From an uncultured Cytophagia bacterium (GTDB taxonomy: Bacteria; Zhuqueibacterota; Zhuqueibacteria; Thermofontimicrobiales; Thiofontviventaceae): a stretch of DNA of 64,000 bases. Of this stretch, positions 1-9,458 are shown piece after piece (position 1 is the stretch's first letter; every line of letters starts with the position of its first letter). The notes under the pieces are model-generated. The model did no database searches, had not been told where the DNA came from, and worked only from the letters and a program-made list of their open reading frames with translations. The position numbers and the translations under genes are program-made. The stretch covers positions 33,032-97,031 of the forward strand of contig CAZCJL010000008.1 in NCBI GenBank assembly GCA_964498785.1. The letters are read 5' to 3'.

Positions 1-2799
1 TGTGCACGGGCAATAATATTTTAAAGGCTCGTTAAAACCGCCTGGATGCCCGGCATATTTTCGTTCAAGTTGCTCTTTTGTAATATTTGGCTCCACTCTG
101 TCAGCTATCTGCTGCCAGGTTTGAATCTTATTATCAAGTTCATTATATTTTGATTTTAGAATTCCCAGGAATTTAGTTCTTATTAATTTAGCGCGATTGA
201 ATGCCAGCTCAAGATTGTGCTTGTATAATCCGATTTCACAAGAATAGCCATTAAATTTTATTCTCATTTCCGGTGAATTTATCAGTTCTTCAGCAATATC
301 CTGCAAGCGAATATCATTGAATGTAAACAATTCCTGCGCTGAATCGAATTTATTAAGATGCACCTGCAACTCCTGATTCTGAATATTATCGCACTTCACA
401 TAAAATTTCTGTTGATTTGTTAAAAATGTTCGGCCCAGCTTATCTTCGATTTTCATAATAAACGCGTAGCTTCTATTTAATGGCACTAATCTTTTTTCAT
501 AATTCAATCCGGCCCAGACAAATCTATCGCTTAAATTAATGCCATTTTGAGAATCCTTATTTAAATTGAAAGGCGTGCGATTCACAATTTGTCCGGTTCT
601 GACCTCCTTAATAAGCAGTTGCCATGAAATGATATCGATATACGCGTCTAATTCCGAATTAATTTCAATTCCATCTGATATGAGCGGATTTTGGGCCATC
701 ACCTGTGGTCCGAATAAAGCAAATTCATCTGCCCTGTTATTCCCAACAACTGAAATTTCAACTCGCCTGTTTTCCTCGCCGGCTTTTCTATCAGTTGAAT
801 TCTCAATGCGAAGTTTTTTCACATTATAGTCTTTTTTTAGTAGTACTTGACTCGCAGGCACTTTTAAAGTATCAACTAAAATTGATTTTACCGTTTTCAT
901 TCGTCGCATTGCCAGTGAGTTAGTACTGTTTTCGCCCAGCGGATCGACATAGCCAGTGAGTTCGATTTTCAGGGTTTCACGTTTCTTCAGTCTATCTGCA
1001 ATAATTTTAAGCGCAGGCAACGGATATAACCAGCTTTCTTTATAAAAATCTTTTTCAACAATTGCTGATTCTTTATCAAAGAAAACAATCGGGATAATTG
1101 GCACTTCACAATAGGTATAAATAACCTTTTTCGTATCAAGTGTATCGGTATTTGCGTAGATTCTGCCACGCGGGATCGTGATAGCAGAAATCATTTTATC
1201 ATTATTATTTTTATCTAATTCCATCACTACACTATCGGGATCTACGACTGCTGCAAAAAAGTGCTTCCCAATTTCATCGGTTCGCCAATCGAAAATTTTT
1301 GTAATGGTTGAGCGAGCATTAATGGAATCCACTTTAAATTGTTCTGCTAATATTTTCGTCTGTTCACAATCAAATGAATCACTCAGCGTAATTCTGAATT
1401 TATAAGCCGGGCAGGAACTTGTATTTGCGACCACTATTTTAATTTGCCCCTGATAGTTGTCTCCAAAATTCGGCAATGTATCGCTGTGTAAGAATGCAAG
1501 TTCCTGAATCTTCAAATCCGGTGCAGACTTTATAAAGGATCGCATTTCTCCGGCAGAAGTCGTATGCCCATTTCGATCAATAGCAACGACGGTCCAGTAA
1601 TACGCGCCTGGCAGAATTTCCGGAAGTTGGATTCGCGTTTCTTCTGTCAACAGGTCATATTCAACATCACCTTTCATATTCGCCGATTTGCAAATATCAT
1701 CGACGACAGCTTGCAGGTTGTCTTTATTTTTGTCAATCAGCACCCGATATGAAACGATGTCACACACATCCGGATCCGGGGAATTTTCCCAGTACAGAAA
1801 ATTGGTATGTTCCGTGCAAAATATATGATGATTCGTGGGTAAAAGCAAGCGGAATGATTCCGGACTCACGGATTTCATGCTGATAGCGCCTGCCATATCA
1901 TAGCCCAGAGCTTCTCCGAAATCAGATTGATTATAATCTGCCTGTAATCCGGCATTAAAGGCATCTATACGAACACTGACGCCAAATGACAAATCTCCCA
2001 AATCATCTTCATTAAATGCATACCCACTACGAACCGCGATTAAGTTCTTAAACCAGTACTCAGCGCCGAATATAAATTTAAAATTTCCATACTTATATTT
2101 TGCGATATCCGAAGCAAGCAGCAGGTTATGATAATCACATTTAATGAACTGATAACTGAGCCCCAACCGATAGCCCAATGGTAACGGACTGGATTCATCC
2201 TTAAATTTTGTTTGAATTCCAATGTTTTGAATTGTGGCGCCAATCGCAAAGGGTCGGTCATGCAATTTCATTCGGTACATGACGCCAACATCAGAAGCGA
2301 TTGTCCAGGCGCTATAATCTGCCAGTGTACTGTGACCGAATTTGGCGTTTAATCCCACGGATACTTTGTCATAAAGCCAATCCAATCTTTGTCCGAACGA
2401 AGCCACACCTAAAAAGTTGCCCGCACTGACTTTGCCGGCGGTTCCTTCTGTTGCATCCCAGTCCGGCATGCCATGATGGAAGATGCCAATACCTGCTGTT
2501 GTTTTGCGGCTTCCCCACATTCGAAATTGTTTGACGCCTGTGAGTGTACCATAATACATGTCAGCGAAATATTTATTATACATTGCAGAAACTTCCCAAT
2601 TCCTCACATTGCCTAAACCAGCGGGGTTCCAGTAAATCGTGTACAAATCATCTCCAACACCGGTGAATGCGCCGCCCATTCCCATTTGTCTCGGACCGAT
2701 TCCAATTTTCAAAAAATTCGCCCCAGTTCCGTATTGAGCCGAGATATGCATCGGCAGAAAAAGAGTTGCTATGATAAAAACAAAAATTGTCTTACGCAT
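1..2799 (-). CDS. PorV/PorQ-family barrel fused to CARDB, OmpA-like, FlgD-like and second OmpA-like domains (3' end beyond window, >933 aa)
   Basis: Not in the ORF track; the segments I translated are all in one frame and no stop was seen before the edge. ATG at 2799 with GGAGG RBS. Manual translation: signal peptide MRKTIFVFIIATLFLPMHISA, PorV motif FLKIGIGPRQMGMGGAFTGVGDDLYTIYWNPAGL, CARDB-like AVVDPDSVVMELDKNNN, OmpA motifs PIVFFDKES / IELTGYVDPLG / ENRRVEIS, then a second OmpA-like segment IKFNGYSCEIG..NLELAFNRA. Confidence 0.85.
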   Translation of the reverse strand, partial: MRKTIFVFIIATLFLPMHISAQYGTGANFLKIGIGPRQMGMGGAFTGVGDDLYTIYWNPAGLGNVRNWEVSAMYNKYFADMYYGTLTGVKQFRMWGSRKTTAGIGIFHHGMPDWDATEGTAGKVSAGNFLGVASFGQRLDWLYDKVSVGLNAKFGHSTLADYSAWTIASDVGVMYRMKLHDRPFAIGATIQNIGIQTKFKDESSPLPLGYRLGLSYQFIKCDYHNLLLASDIAKYKYGNFKFIFGAEYWFKNLIAVRSGYAFNEDDLGDLSFGVSVRIDAFNAGLQADYNQSDFGEALGYDMAGAISMKSVSPESFRLLLPTNHHIFCTEHTNFLYWENSPDPDVCDIVSYRVLIDKNKDNLQAVVDDICKSANMKGDVEYDLLTEETRIQLPEILPGAYYWTVVAIDRNGHTTSAGEMRSFIKSAPDLKIQELAFLHSDTLPNFGDNYQGQIKIVVANTSSCPAYKFRITLSDSFDCEQTKILAEQFKVDSINARSTITKIFDWRTDEIGKHFFAAVVDPDSVVMELDKNNNDKMISAITIPRGRIYANTDTLDTKKVIYTYCEVPIIPIVFFDKESAIVEKDFYKESWLYPLPALKIIADRLKKRETLKIELTGYVDPLGENSTNSLAMRRMKTVKSILVDTLKVPASQVLLKKDYNVKKLRIENSTDRKAGEENRRVEISVVGNNRADEFALFGPQVMAQNPLISDGIEINSELDAYIDIISWQLLIKEVRTGQIVNRTPFNLNKDSQNGINLSDRFVWAGLNYEKRLVPLNRSYAFIMKIEDKLGRTFLTNQQKFYVKCDNIQNQELQVHLNKFDSAQELFTFNDIRLQDIAEELINSPEMRIKFNGYSCEIGLYKHNLELAFNRAKLIRTKFLGILKSKYNELDNKIQTWQQIADRVEPNITKEQLERKYAGHPGGFNEPLKYYCPCT

Positions 2800-2817
2800 T
2801 TTTTTCCTCCACAAAGT

Positions 2818-5800
2818 TTATCGGACTACGATCACCTTTTGCCATGTTGTTCGCCCACCAGCCTCCATCGTGACAATATACACACCACTACCAACGAGGC
2901 GGCCATTTTTATCTTTACAGTCCCATCCTCCATCGACTTCAGAAAATCCAATCGGATATTGTCTGTTTTCAACAAGCGTCCGAACATGTTCCCCTGCAAC
3001 ATTGTAAACATTAAGATCCACAGGGCTATCTTTCGTAAGTTCAATTGATACCAACACATCATTCCCCAAATCGACCACGTTTCTGTTTAAAATGAGCTTG
3101 TTTTCTGCAACCAGATAAAATTCGGCAAGGCTTGCTCCCTGGTTACCCAATTCATCAGTATAGGATAACCGGGCAACCCACTTTTCTTCATCTGTTTCAG
3201 TTACTTTTCCAGTCGGGGAGAAGAATGGTTCAATTGAGATCGTATCCGGTAAAGTCGGAAATTGCGGCATATTTGTTATTTGTTCTGTAAAATTCTGCTC
3301 CACATCGAGTGCATCATACACAATGATTGAGAAATCTGAAACATTCATTGGCAATTGCACCCAAAATTTTATATTATACGCGCAAGAATCTCGTTCGCTA
3401 TCACACGCAAATAAAAATCTTTCAGCCTTTTTCGTTGACGGATATTCTGCGACATCAGCCTGAGAGACCCGAATATCCGCAGCGACATCCTGAATTATCC
3501 AGACTGTATCATTTGCTGCTGTACTCACATCGGCTGTATACGCTGCTGCAGAGTCGATGACTGAAAGCCAGGAATAGGGCAATTCACTGTCCACTGTTGC
3601 CGGAAGGGTTAATACGCGTCGTTCTCCCATGTTTAGGCTCTGATTTTGCCAGACGCTCCGGTCATCGCCAGTTGATTGTTCTGTTATCGTTACATATTGT
3701 GAATTCAGATTTTCGATTGTGATATTATTCAGACGATCATTTCCGGTATTTAATATAGAAAGAACATAGTCGTAGGTTTCTTCCGGATTTGTCGTTTTCC
3801 AGTGTTTCTCGACAGCCAGTCCGGACGGAAAAGAAGCCACCTCGAGCCATAAATCATTGTTATCCACCGGCGCCAAATAGCGTCCGAGCGTATCAGTTCC
3901 AACCGGGAACGGATCTTTCGGATAATTGATCGTCACATCAAAATTCCGAATTGTGCCTTCCATTGTTCGATTTGGTGATTTATAAGCGACGAGATAATAA
4001 TTTGTCAACAACTCAAAAAGTTTTTCAAAAAATTCCGTTTCCGCAGAAGACAATTCCTGGTAGTAGCCTCCGCATGTCTCGGCCAGAATTTTCAATTCCG
4101 TTTGATCTGCTGTGCCGTAATTCAACAAAATGATCGGAACAGCCATCTTCATTGAATAATCCATCACTTGTGTACGGGTAAGAAAACTGGTATTGTTTCC
4201 ATCCGTGAGAACAATCACTGCACGTCTTCCGGGTCGTTGCGCACTTTCAGCAATGCCGCGATAAATTGCATCCATTAGCACTGCCGGCGATGTACTGTTT
4301 GATTCGCGAAGTGCTGAGCACGCATCTTCAAAATTGCCAGTTAATTCCAGCACGTTTTCAACATGGTTTGAGTAGGAAACCACCGCGACCTGATCTTTCG
4401 CTTCATTAAATTTCTCCACCATGGAACACAGCGAATCTTTTATCGCTGAAATGACTCCCGCACTGCTCGTCGGCACGACAAAAGTCGCAGTGACCGGCCA
4501 TTGGTCTTGCTCTGCGATTTGAGTTACGAACGGAGCGACACCCGTGGTGTAAACAGATGGATATGGTTCAGCTGCTCCTTCAGGAAATTCATATATCGGA
4601 TACCAGACAGACCTGACGGATTCACCGGCATCTGTCTGTTGATCACCGCTCACCCATCCGGTGCGACTGGCAATCCCCCGAACCGGGTGAAAATTTTGAT
4701 CCATCACAGCTACATACGCAAACAAGCTGTCAGGATAGAACGGGCTCATGTCATAGATCGGATCGCTATTCTCGAAATAGGTAATGACGTTGGTTCGGAC
4801 ATCGAGTTCCGTGATGCGCACACTCACCATCATCGTATCCAGGTTATTCATTTCATCGATTTCCAGAATGTCATTTTGATGATCAGCAAATAATATAATG
4901 CGATGGAGACCTTCGGGAGGATTCTCCCAAACAACGGATACGGGTTCAATATCTCCTTCTGCAACGCTAAGTGTATCAAAAATGAAATCTTCACCTATCT
5001 GGTTCTGCTTACTCGTATCTTCCAGGAAAAAGCCCACTCGGAACGGATCTCCAATTGCTGAAATACCAATATTTTGTATCACTCCTTCTAATGTTAGCGG
5101 GTATCCCGGTGAATAATCATCAAGTTTTGGAGTAATGGTCGCTTCAATATCTGCTGCTGTCACAAGAAATGAGATTGAGGCTGAACTCCTATAGATGCCT
5201 GCTTCCGCGTGTGCAGTATTTAGAATTCTGCTCTCAGCAGGATTAGATGTCACCTGAAAACCTGGATTTACCATAAACGGAATTGAATAAAGAACGCTAT
5301 CTCCCGGATTTAACATATCAATATTCCAGGAACATATATTATTGTCGATTGAATACTCATCCGGGATAATACCGGCGAGATCAACAATTATGTGCTGCGA
5401 CAGTTCGTCATAAACAAGGACGCTGTCAATCCCGCGTTGGCCGTTATTGCAAACCTTTAAATAATATACACCCTGGCTTCCTGGCTTATACCCCCCAGAT
5501 GGATCAACATATTTACTGATCGTAAGTTGTGGTGTCAGAATCAGTGTAACCTCAGCACTGTTTGAATTTGAAAACCCCGGACATACCAACGCCATAACGC
5601 CGGTGAGTGCTCTACTTTCATTTAACGAATCAGCGTCTACAGAAAAAACAATTCTTTGAGAGTCAGGGGATGATAATTCCGCCATTGTCCATTTCACAGT
5701 CGCAATATTACCTTCATCTGCATAAGTTGTCGTATCATAGACAATTCCTTGCGATACCCCAATTTGTTGAAAATTTCTGACATAATTCCCCGGAACTGGT

Positions 5801-6105
5801 TGACCCTGATTCGGCGCATAGAAAGTAAAAACAATATCTTTAGGAGTTTCGCTACCAATGTTAATGAATGTAAATGTATATTCTATCGTCCCGCCGCGCC
5901 TGACAGTGGAAGTATCCGTGGTCAGTTTCGAGTAAATGTCAATATAATTTGGCTTTAACAGACTCTGGTCATCCCTTTTGGGGGGCTGTTCCTGCGGACT
6001 TGCTAAAACAAAGTGACTCGAAAAGTTTAAAAGGATAAAAAGTGTAAAGATGCATGATGCAATTTTGGATAAAAAACTATCCATTGAACGAAGCTTGTTG
6101 TTCAC
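2818..6105 (-). CDS. Secreted multidomain protein: DUF11-like repeats, CARDB, degenerate VWA, C-terminal FlgD-Ig/T9SS type-A-like sorting domain
   Basis: GTG start with GAGGGAGG RBS and signal peptide. Motifs KLTT..GGTIEYTFTFINIG and LTISKYVD (DUF11-like), ILFADHQNDILEIDEMNN (CARDB), RRAVIVLTDG (VWA), C-terminal VYNVAGEHVRTL..WDCKDKNGRLVGSGVYIV..KVIVVR. Confidence 0.8.
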   Translation of the reverse strand: MNNKLRSMDSFLSKIASCIFTLFILLNFSSHFVLASPQEQPPKRDDQSLLKPNYIDIYSKLTTDTSTVRRGGTIEYTFTFINIGSETPKDIVFTFYAPNQGQPVPGNYVRNFQQIGVSQGIVYDTTTYADEGNIATVKWTMAELSSPDSQRIVFSVDADSLNESRALTGVMALVCPGFSNSNSAEVTLILTPQLTISKYVDPSGGYKPGSQGVYYLKVCNNGQRGIDSVLVYDELSQHIIVDLAGIIPDEYSIDNNICSWNIDMLNPGDSVLYSIPFMVNPGFQVTSNPAESRILNTAHAEAGIYRSSASISFLVTAADIEATITPKLDDYSPGYPLTLEGVIQNIGISAIGDPFRVGFFLEDTSKQNQIGEDFIFDTLSVAEGDIEPVSVVWENPPEGLHRIILFADHQNDILEIDEMNNLDTMMVSVRITELDVRTNVITYFENSDPIYDMSPFYPDSLFAYVAVMDQNFHPVRGIASRTGWVSGDQQTDAGESVRSVWYPIYEFPEGAAEPYPSVYTTGVAPFVTQIAEQDQWPVTATFVVPTSSAGVISAIKDSLCSMVEKFNEAKDQVAVVSYSNHVENVLELTGNFEDACSALRESNSTSPAVLMDAIYRGIAESAQRPGRRAVIVLTDGNNTSFLTRTQVMDYSMKMAVPIILLNYGTADQTELKILAETCGGYYQELSSAETEFFEKLFELLTNYYLVAYKSPNRTMEGTIRNFDVTINYPKDPFPVGTDTLGRYLAPVDNNDLWLEVASFPSGLAVEKHWKTTNPEETYDYVLSILNTGNDRLNNITIENLNSQYVTITEQSTGDDRSVWQNQSLNMGERRVLTLPATVDSELPYSWLSVIDSAAAYTADVSTAANDTVWIIQDVAADIRVSQADVAEYPSTKKAERFLFACDSERDSCAYNIKFWVQLPMNVSDFSIIVYDALDVEQNFTEQITNMPQFPTLPDTISIEPFFSPTGKVTETDEEKWVARLSYTDELGNQGASLAEFYLVAENKLILNRNVVDLGNDVLVSIELTKDSPVDLNVYNVAGEHVRTLVENRQYPIGFSEVDGGWDCKDKNGRLVGSGVYIVTMEAGGRTTWQKVIVVR

Positions 6106-6957
6106 CGATATCCCTCCCTCTTAAAATGAATTTTTTATAGATTTATGCAAAATTGCGCTTTAATTCACAACCGTTGAATTTTTGCGGAGTTCAACAATTC
6201 TGTTTGATAAGCGTTTGAAAATCAAGCAAATATTACAGGGAAACCCGAGTTCTCCTACGCGCGATCCGAAATTTATCTATCACTTATCTTGCATAATTCT
6301 ATGGCTCTTTTTTAACAATATCCCTTTTCCATAAATCATTACGATAACACGCTCTTATATACTATTATTCCACAAGCCACCAGCATCTATATTTAATTAC
6401 ATTTTCTTACTGTAAAACATCAAGCTATTAATGATTTTTTAATAACAAGCTACTGATTTTATTATAAACTAACAAATCTCCTTTTAATAATTTATTGTAT
6501 TATTATAGGTTGTCTAATTTTATGCAATAACACATCTATTTTCATTATATTTTTATGCTGCTTTCTAAATTTATTTTTAAAGTAAAATATATATATTTTA
6601 TTTAACAATGTCAAGATTTTTATTAGATATAAGCTTAATTTTAGACAATTTCTTCGTAAGATCAATCGATGTTTTATTTGGTTAGTCCATATTACATTAT
6701 TGATTTATTATTAGCTATAAAATTAGATAGCATTCAACGACTATTTTCAATATACAAATGACAAAGCCGAAAGTAAAGTCCGGTAATATTACCATAACAT
6801 CATTAATATTGAATTTATTAAGGTTAGAAAGATTCAATCCCGTTCATCGAGATTGCTTATCGTAGCATTATTTGTTGTAATAAACAGAATGGGAAGGATA
6901 TTTTACAGTAATTTAAAAATATTTAACTTCGCAAAAGTAAAAAAACAATCATACATT

Positions 6958-7617
6958 TCAATTTCGATCTCTGATAAAGACAGTATCAACGAGTGTCTTA
7001 TAAATAAAAATACAGTCATAAAGGGTTGTATCACTTTTTACTGCGATTTGTTCGAGAAGTACATCTTTGACGCGAGGTTCTTCCTTGGGAATAACCTTTA
7101 ATGCATTTTCTGTATGCCCCCATAGTTCAAACAAAACTGTGGATGAATCGCGTTCAAACCGAATTTTAATAGGTAAGTCCTGGTAATTATGATTCAGTCC
7201 TTTCAGAATAGCTCCAAAGATATTGTATGCTGGTTTATTTGATTCATAATCTGCGGCAAAAGAAACATCCTTATTTTCAGCAGTAATCTGAAAATTCGCT
7301 TTAAATTCCCATTGATTCATACGCTTTTGTGCGGCATCTGATATAAACTGCAGGAAATATACATTATCAGACGGATACAATTTAACAATATCATTTTCAC
7401 CAAAGCCGTTTCGACTCACGTCGATAATATCCATTTTTGTTACTAAAGTCTCAGGAATAAAAAATTCATCCATAAAAAATGAAATCAATTTTGAATCTGA
7501 CAGCGATACCTTTGGCACTGAAACCTGATTCACTTCCACTTTATTATCAATCTGAGCGTAAGAAAAATTAATCCATGATAGGATGAAGATACATGTCAGA
7601 GACATCATAGTTTTCAT
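6958..7617 (-). CDS. Hypothetical exported protein, last gene of the ExbB/ExbD cluster
   Basis: 219-aa ORF with signal peptide (..FSYA/Q); start overlaps the upstream stop (ATGA). Confidence 0.75.
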   Translation of the reverse strand: MKTMMSLTCIFILSWINFSYAQIDNKVEVNQVSVPKVSLSDSKLISFFMDEFFIPETLVTKMDIIDVSRNGFGENDIVKLYPSDNVYFLQFISDAAQKRMNQWEFKANFQITAENKDVSFAADYESNKPAYNIFGAILKGLNHNYQDLPIKIRFERDSSTVLFELWGHTENALKVIPKEEPRVKDVLLEQIAVKSDTTLYDCIFIYKTLVDTVFIRDRN

Positions 7618-8660
7618 TTGCCGTTTTCTCCGTTCGCATCTTTAGTTTTAATTGTGTGCCACCATGACAGAAATATCTGATAAAATTCTTTAGTTGCGGC
7701 TTCAGATGGATTTTCCTGTCTTGTAATAAAGGAAACAATCCGATTATTCTGGTCTATTCGGACATCGCCTTTTCTCAAATAATTACTTTTTTCTTTGAAG
7801 CCATTATCAATGAGCAAGATAGATTTATCTTTATGAACAAGACAAATTCGAACTTCCATCATATTTTCTTTGCACAGTAAATACAAGTCATAAACTTCAT
7901 TGTCAACAGAAAATTTAACTTTAGAAGTTAAATTTCCGTGCTCATAATTCATAAATCGTTTCAACACGTTCGAAAATGATGTTGAATTATTTTTCATCCA
8001 TATAATTAACTCATTTATTAACTCTGAAATGTCCTGTTCATTATCATCAACATCATCCCTAAGTTTTATTTCCACAATTTGTTCTTCAGGGATCGCTTTT
8101 TCATCCGGGATTCCTTCATTTTCAATATCTCCGAAATCATTCGTGTAAACATCAACATGCAAATTTGAACCTGTTTCAATTTCAATACTGGGTCCTTCCA
8201 CAGGCTGCCCTGATGAAAGCACATTTCTTGGGAAACGAGTATATTTACTATCAAACCGCAAGTCGGTCAATTGAGCAATCTGGTCTGTTTTGGTTACAGA
8301 AATTTTATTATCTGTCTGCTGGGTAGATGGCATCTGCAGGGCGTTATATTTTTCTCGACTTAATTTTAGTTTACGGTCCGTTTCACTCAGGAAATCCAAA
8401 CTCGGAATAATAATATTATCTGTTTCTGACTCTGCATCTTTATCGGCAACAGAACCATGTATACGTTGGTTATTGACAGTTTGCTTCGGAGGTTTTGGCT
8501 TAAACAGCGCCCAGTCTATTTCCTTCGGCGGCTGTTTGAAAATATAACGATTCGGAGTTACCTTAATTGCTCCCAGAATAAAATAGATTAAAATTAGCAT
8601 GACCGCGAGTATGGCATCACACATTCGCTTCTGCTTATTAATTCGTAATCTAAATTTCAT
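7614..8660 (-). CDS. Hypothetical membrane-anchored protein (single N-terminal TM, Pro/Lys-rich linker); possible TonB/TolA-like transducer
   Basis: ORF in track; likely start at ATG 8660, overlapping the end of exbD. TM AILAVMLILIYFILGAI, then KQPPKE..FKPKPPKQ, an acidic linker and a globular C-terminus. Function is inference. Confidence 0.65.
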   Translation of the reverse strand: MKFRLRINKQKRMCDAILAVMLILIYFILGAIKVTPNRYIFKQPPKEIDWALFKPKPPKQTVNNQRIHGSVADKDAESETDNIIIPSLDFLSETDRKLKLSREKYNALQMPSTQQTDNKISVTKTDQIAQLTDLRFDSKYTRFPRNVLSSGQPVEGPSIEIETGSNLHVDVYTNDFGDIENEGIPDEKAIPEEQIVEIKLRDDVDDNEQDISELINELIIWMKNNSTSFSNVLKRFMNYEHGNLTSKVKFSVDNEVYDLYLLCKENMMEVRICLVHKDKSILLIDNGFKEKSNYLRKGDVRIDQNNRIVSFITRQENPSEAATKEFYQIFLSWWHTIKTKDANGENGK

Positions 8661-9039
8661 AATTAATACTTTTTTGAATATTGTTCTTTTCACAGAGATC
8701 AATCAGATCAATTGTCAACTGGATCATAGTATCCAAATCCGGTTCAATTATCGCAACCAGGTTTCCATGTTCATTTTGAAGTTCAATTAATTTTGCCTCA
8801 ACGTCTTTTAGTTCAGCAACGTTTACTGCTTTTTGTTTTCCTTCATCGATTTCATACGTTTGATTTTTCAGAATCCTGACGAAAACGACTATCTTATTTT
8901 CAACCGGTGTATTGCTCTCTGTGGCTCCCTGTGGTAATTTTACCTGGGTTTTTACCGTAAAATCAGAAATCCCGATAAAACCAAGGAGCAAAATCAATAC
9001 AACGTCTATCAACCGAATTATTAAACCACCTTTACTCAT
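8650..9039 (-). CDS. ExbD/TolR-family biopolymer transport protein
   Basis: TM motif LIDVVLILLLGF with the conserved Asp, then VKLP; 129 aa. Confidence 0.85.
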   Translation of the reverse strand: MSKGGLIIRLIDVVLILLLGFIGISDFTVKTQVKLPQGATESNTPVENKIVVFVRILKNQTYEIDEGKQKAVNVAELKDVEAKLIELQNEHGNLVAIIEPDLDTMIQLTIDLIDLCEKNNIQKSINYEI

Positions 9040-9055
9040 AAGATTTCCAATGCGT

Positions 9056-9457
9056 TTAGTTCATTCGTCTTATCACATCGATCCCTTTTACAATGCCCAG
9101 TTCATCACAAAATCGCGCTAACATCACCGTGTAACGAATCGGAGTGTCCCAATTCGAGCGAATTCTAATCCGGGTTTTTGCATTATTAATGATTGCTTTT
9201 TGATTATTATCAATAATATAATTTTTCAGATCCTCAAAATCCGCAAGTTTTCGAGTTTCATTATCTACCAGGAAAATTCCATCCGTTGTAATGCCAATAA
9301 TGAGAATGGATTCCATATCAAGTTCAGTCGCTGGTGTTTGCGTACTTTTAGGTAATTCAATTTTACTTTTCCGACTAATTTCACTAATGGAAATAAATCC
9401 GAAAAGCAATATCAGCACAACATCGATTAATCTGACAATTATTCCACCACCTGTCAT
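9056..9457 (-). CDS. ExbD/TolR-family biopolymer transport protein
   Basis: TM motif LIDVVLILLFGF, then IELPKS; 133 aa. Confidence 0.85.
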   Translation of the reverse strand: MTGGGIIVRLIDVVLILLFGFISISEISRKSKIELPKSTQTPATELDMESILIIGITTDGIFLVDNETRKLADFEDLKNYIIDNNQKAIINNAKTRIRIRSNWDTPIRYTVMLARFCDELGIVKGIDVIRRMN

Positions 9458-9458
9458 A

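Noticed and set aside
6760-6800. GCCGAAAG-containing stretch resembling a c-di-GMP riboswitch
   Set aside because: It lacks the paired stems and second hairpin, and is on the wrong strand for the downstream gene.
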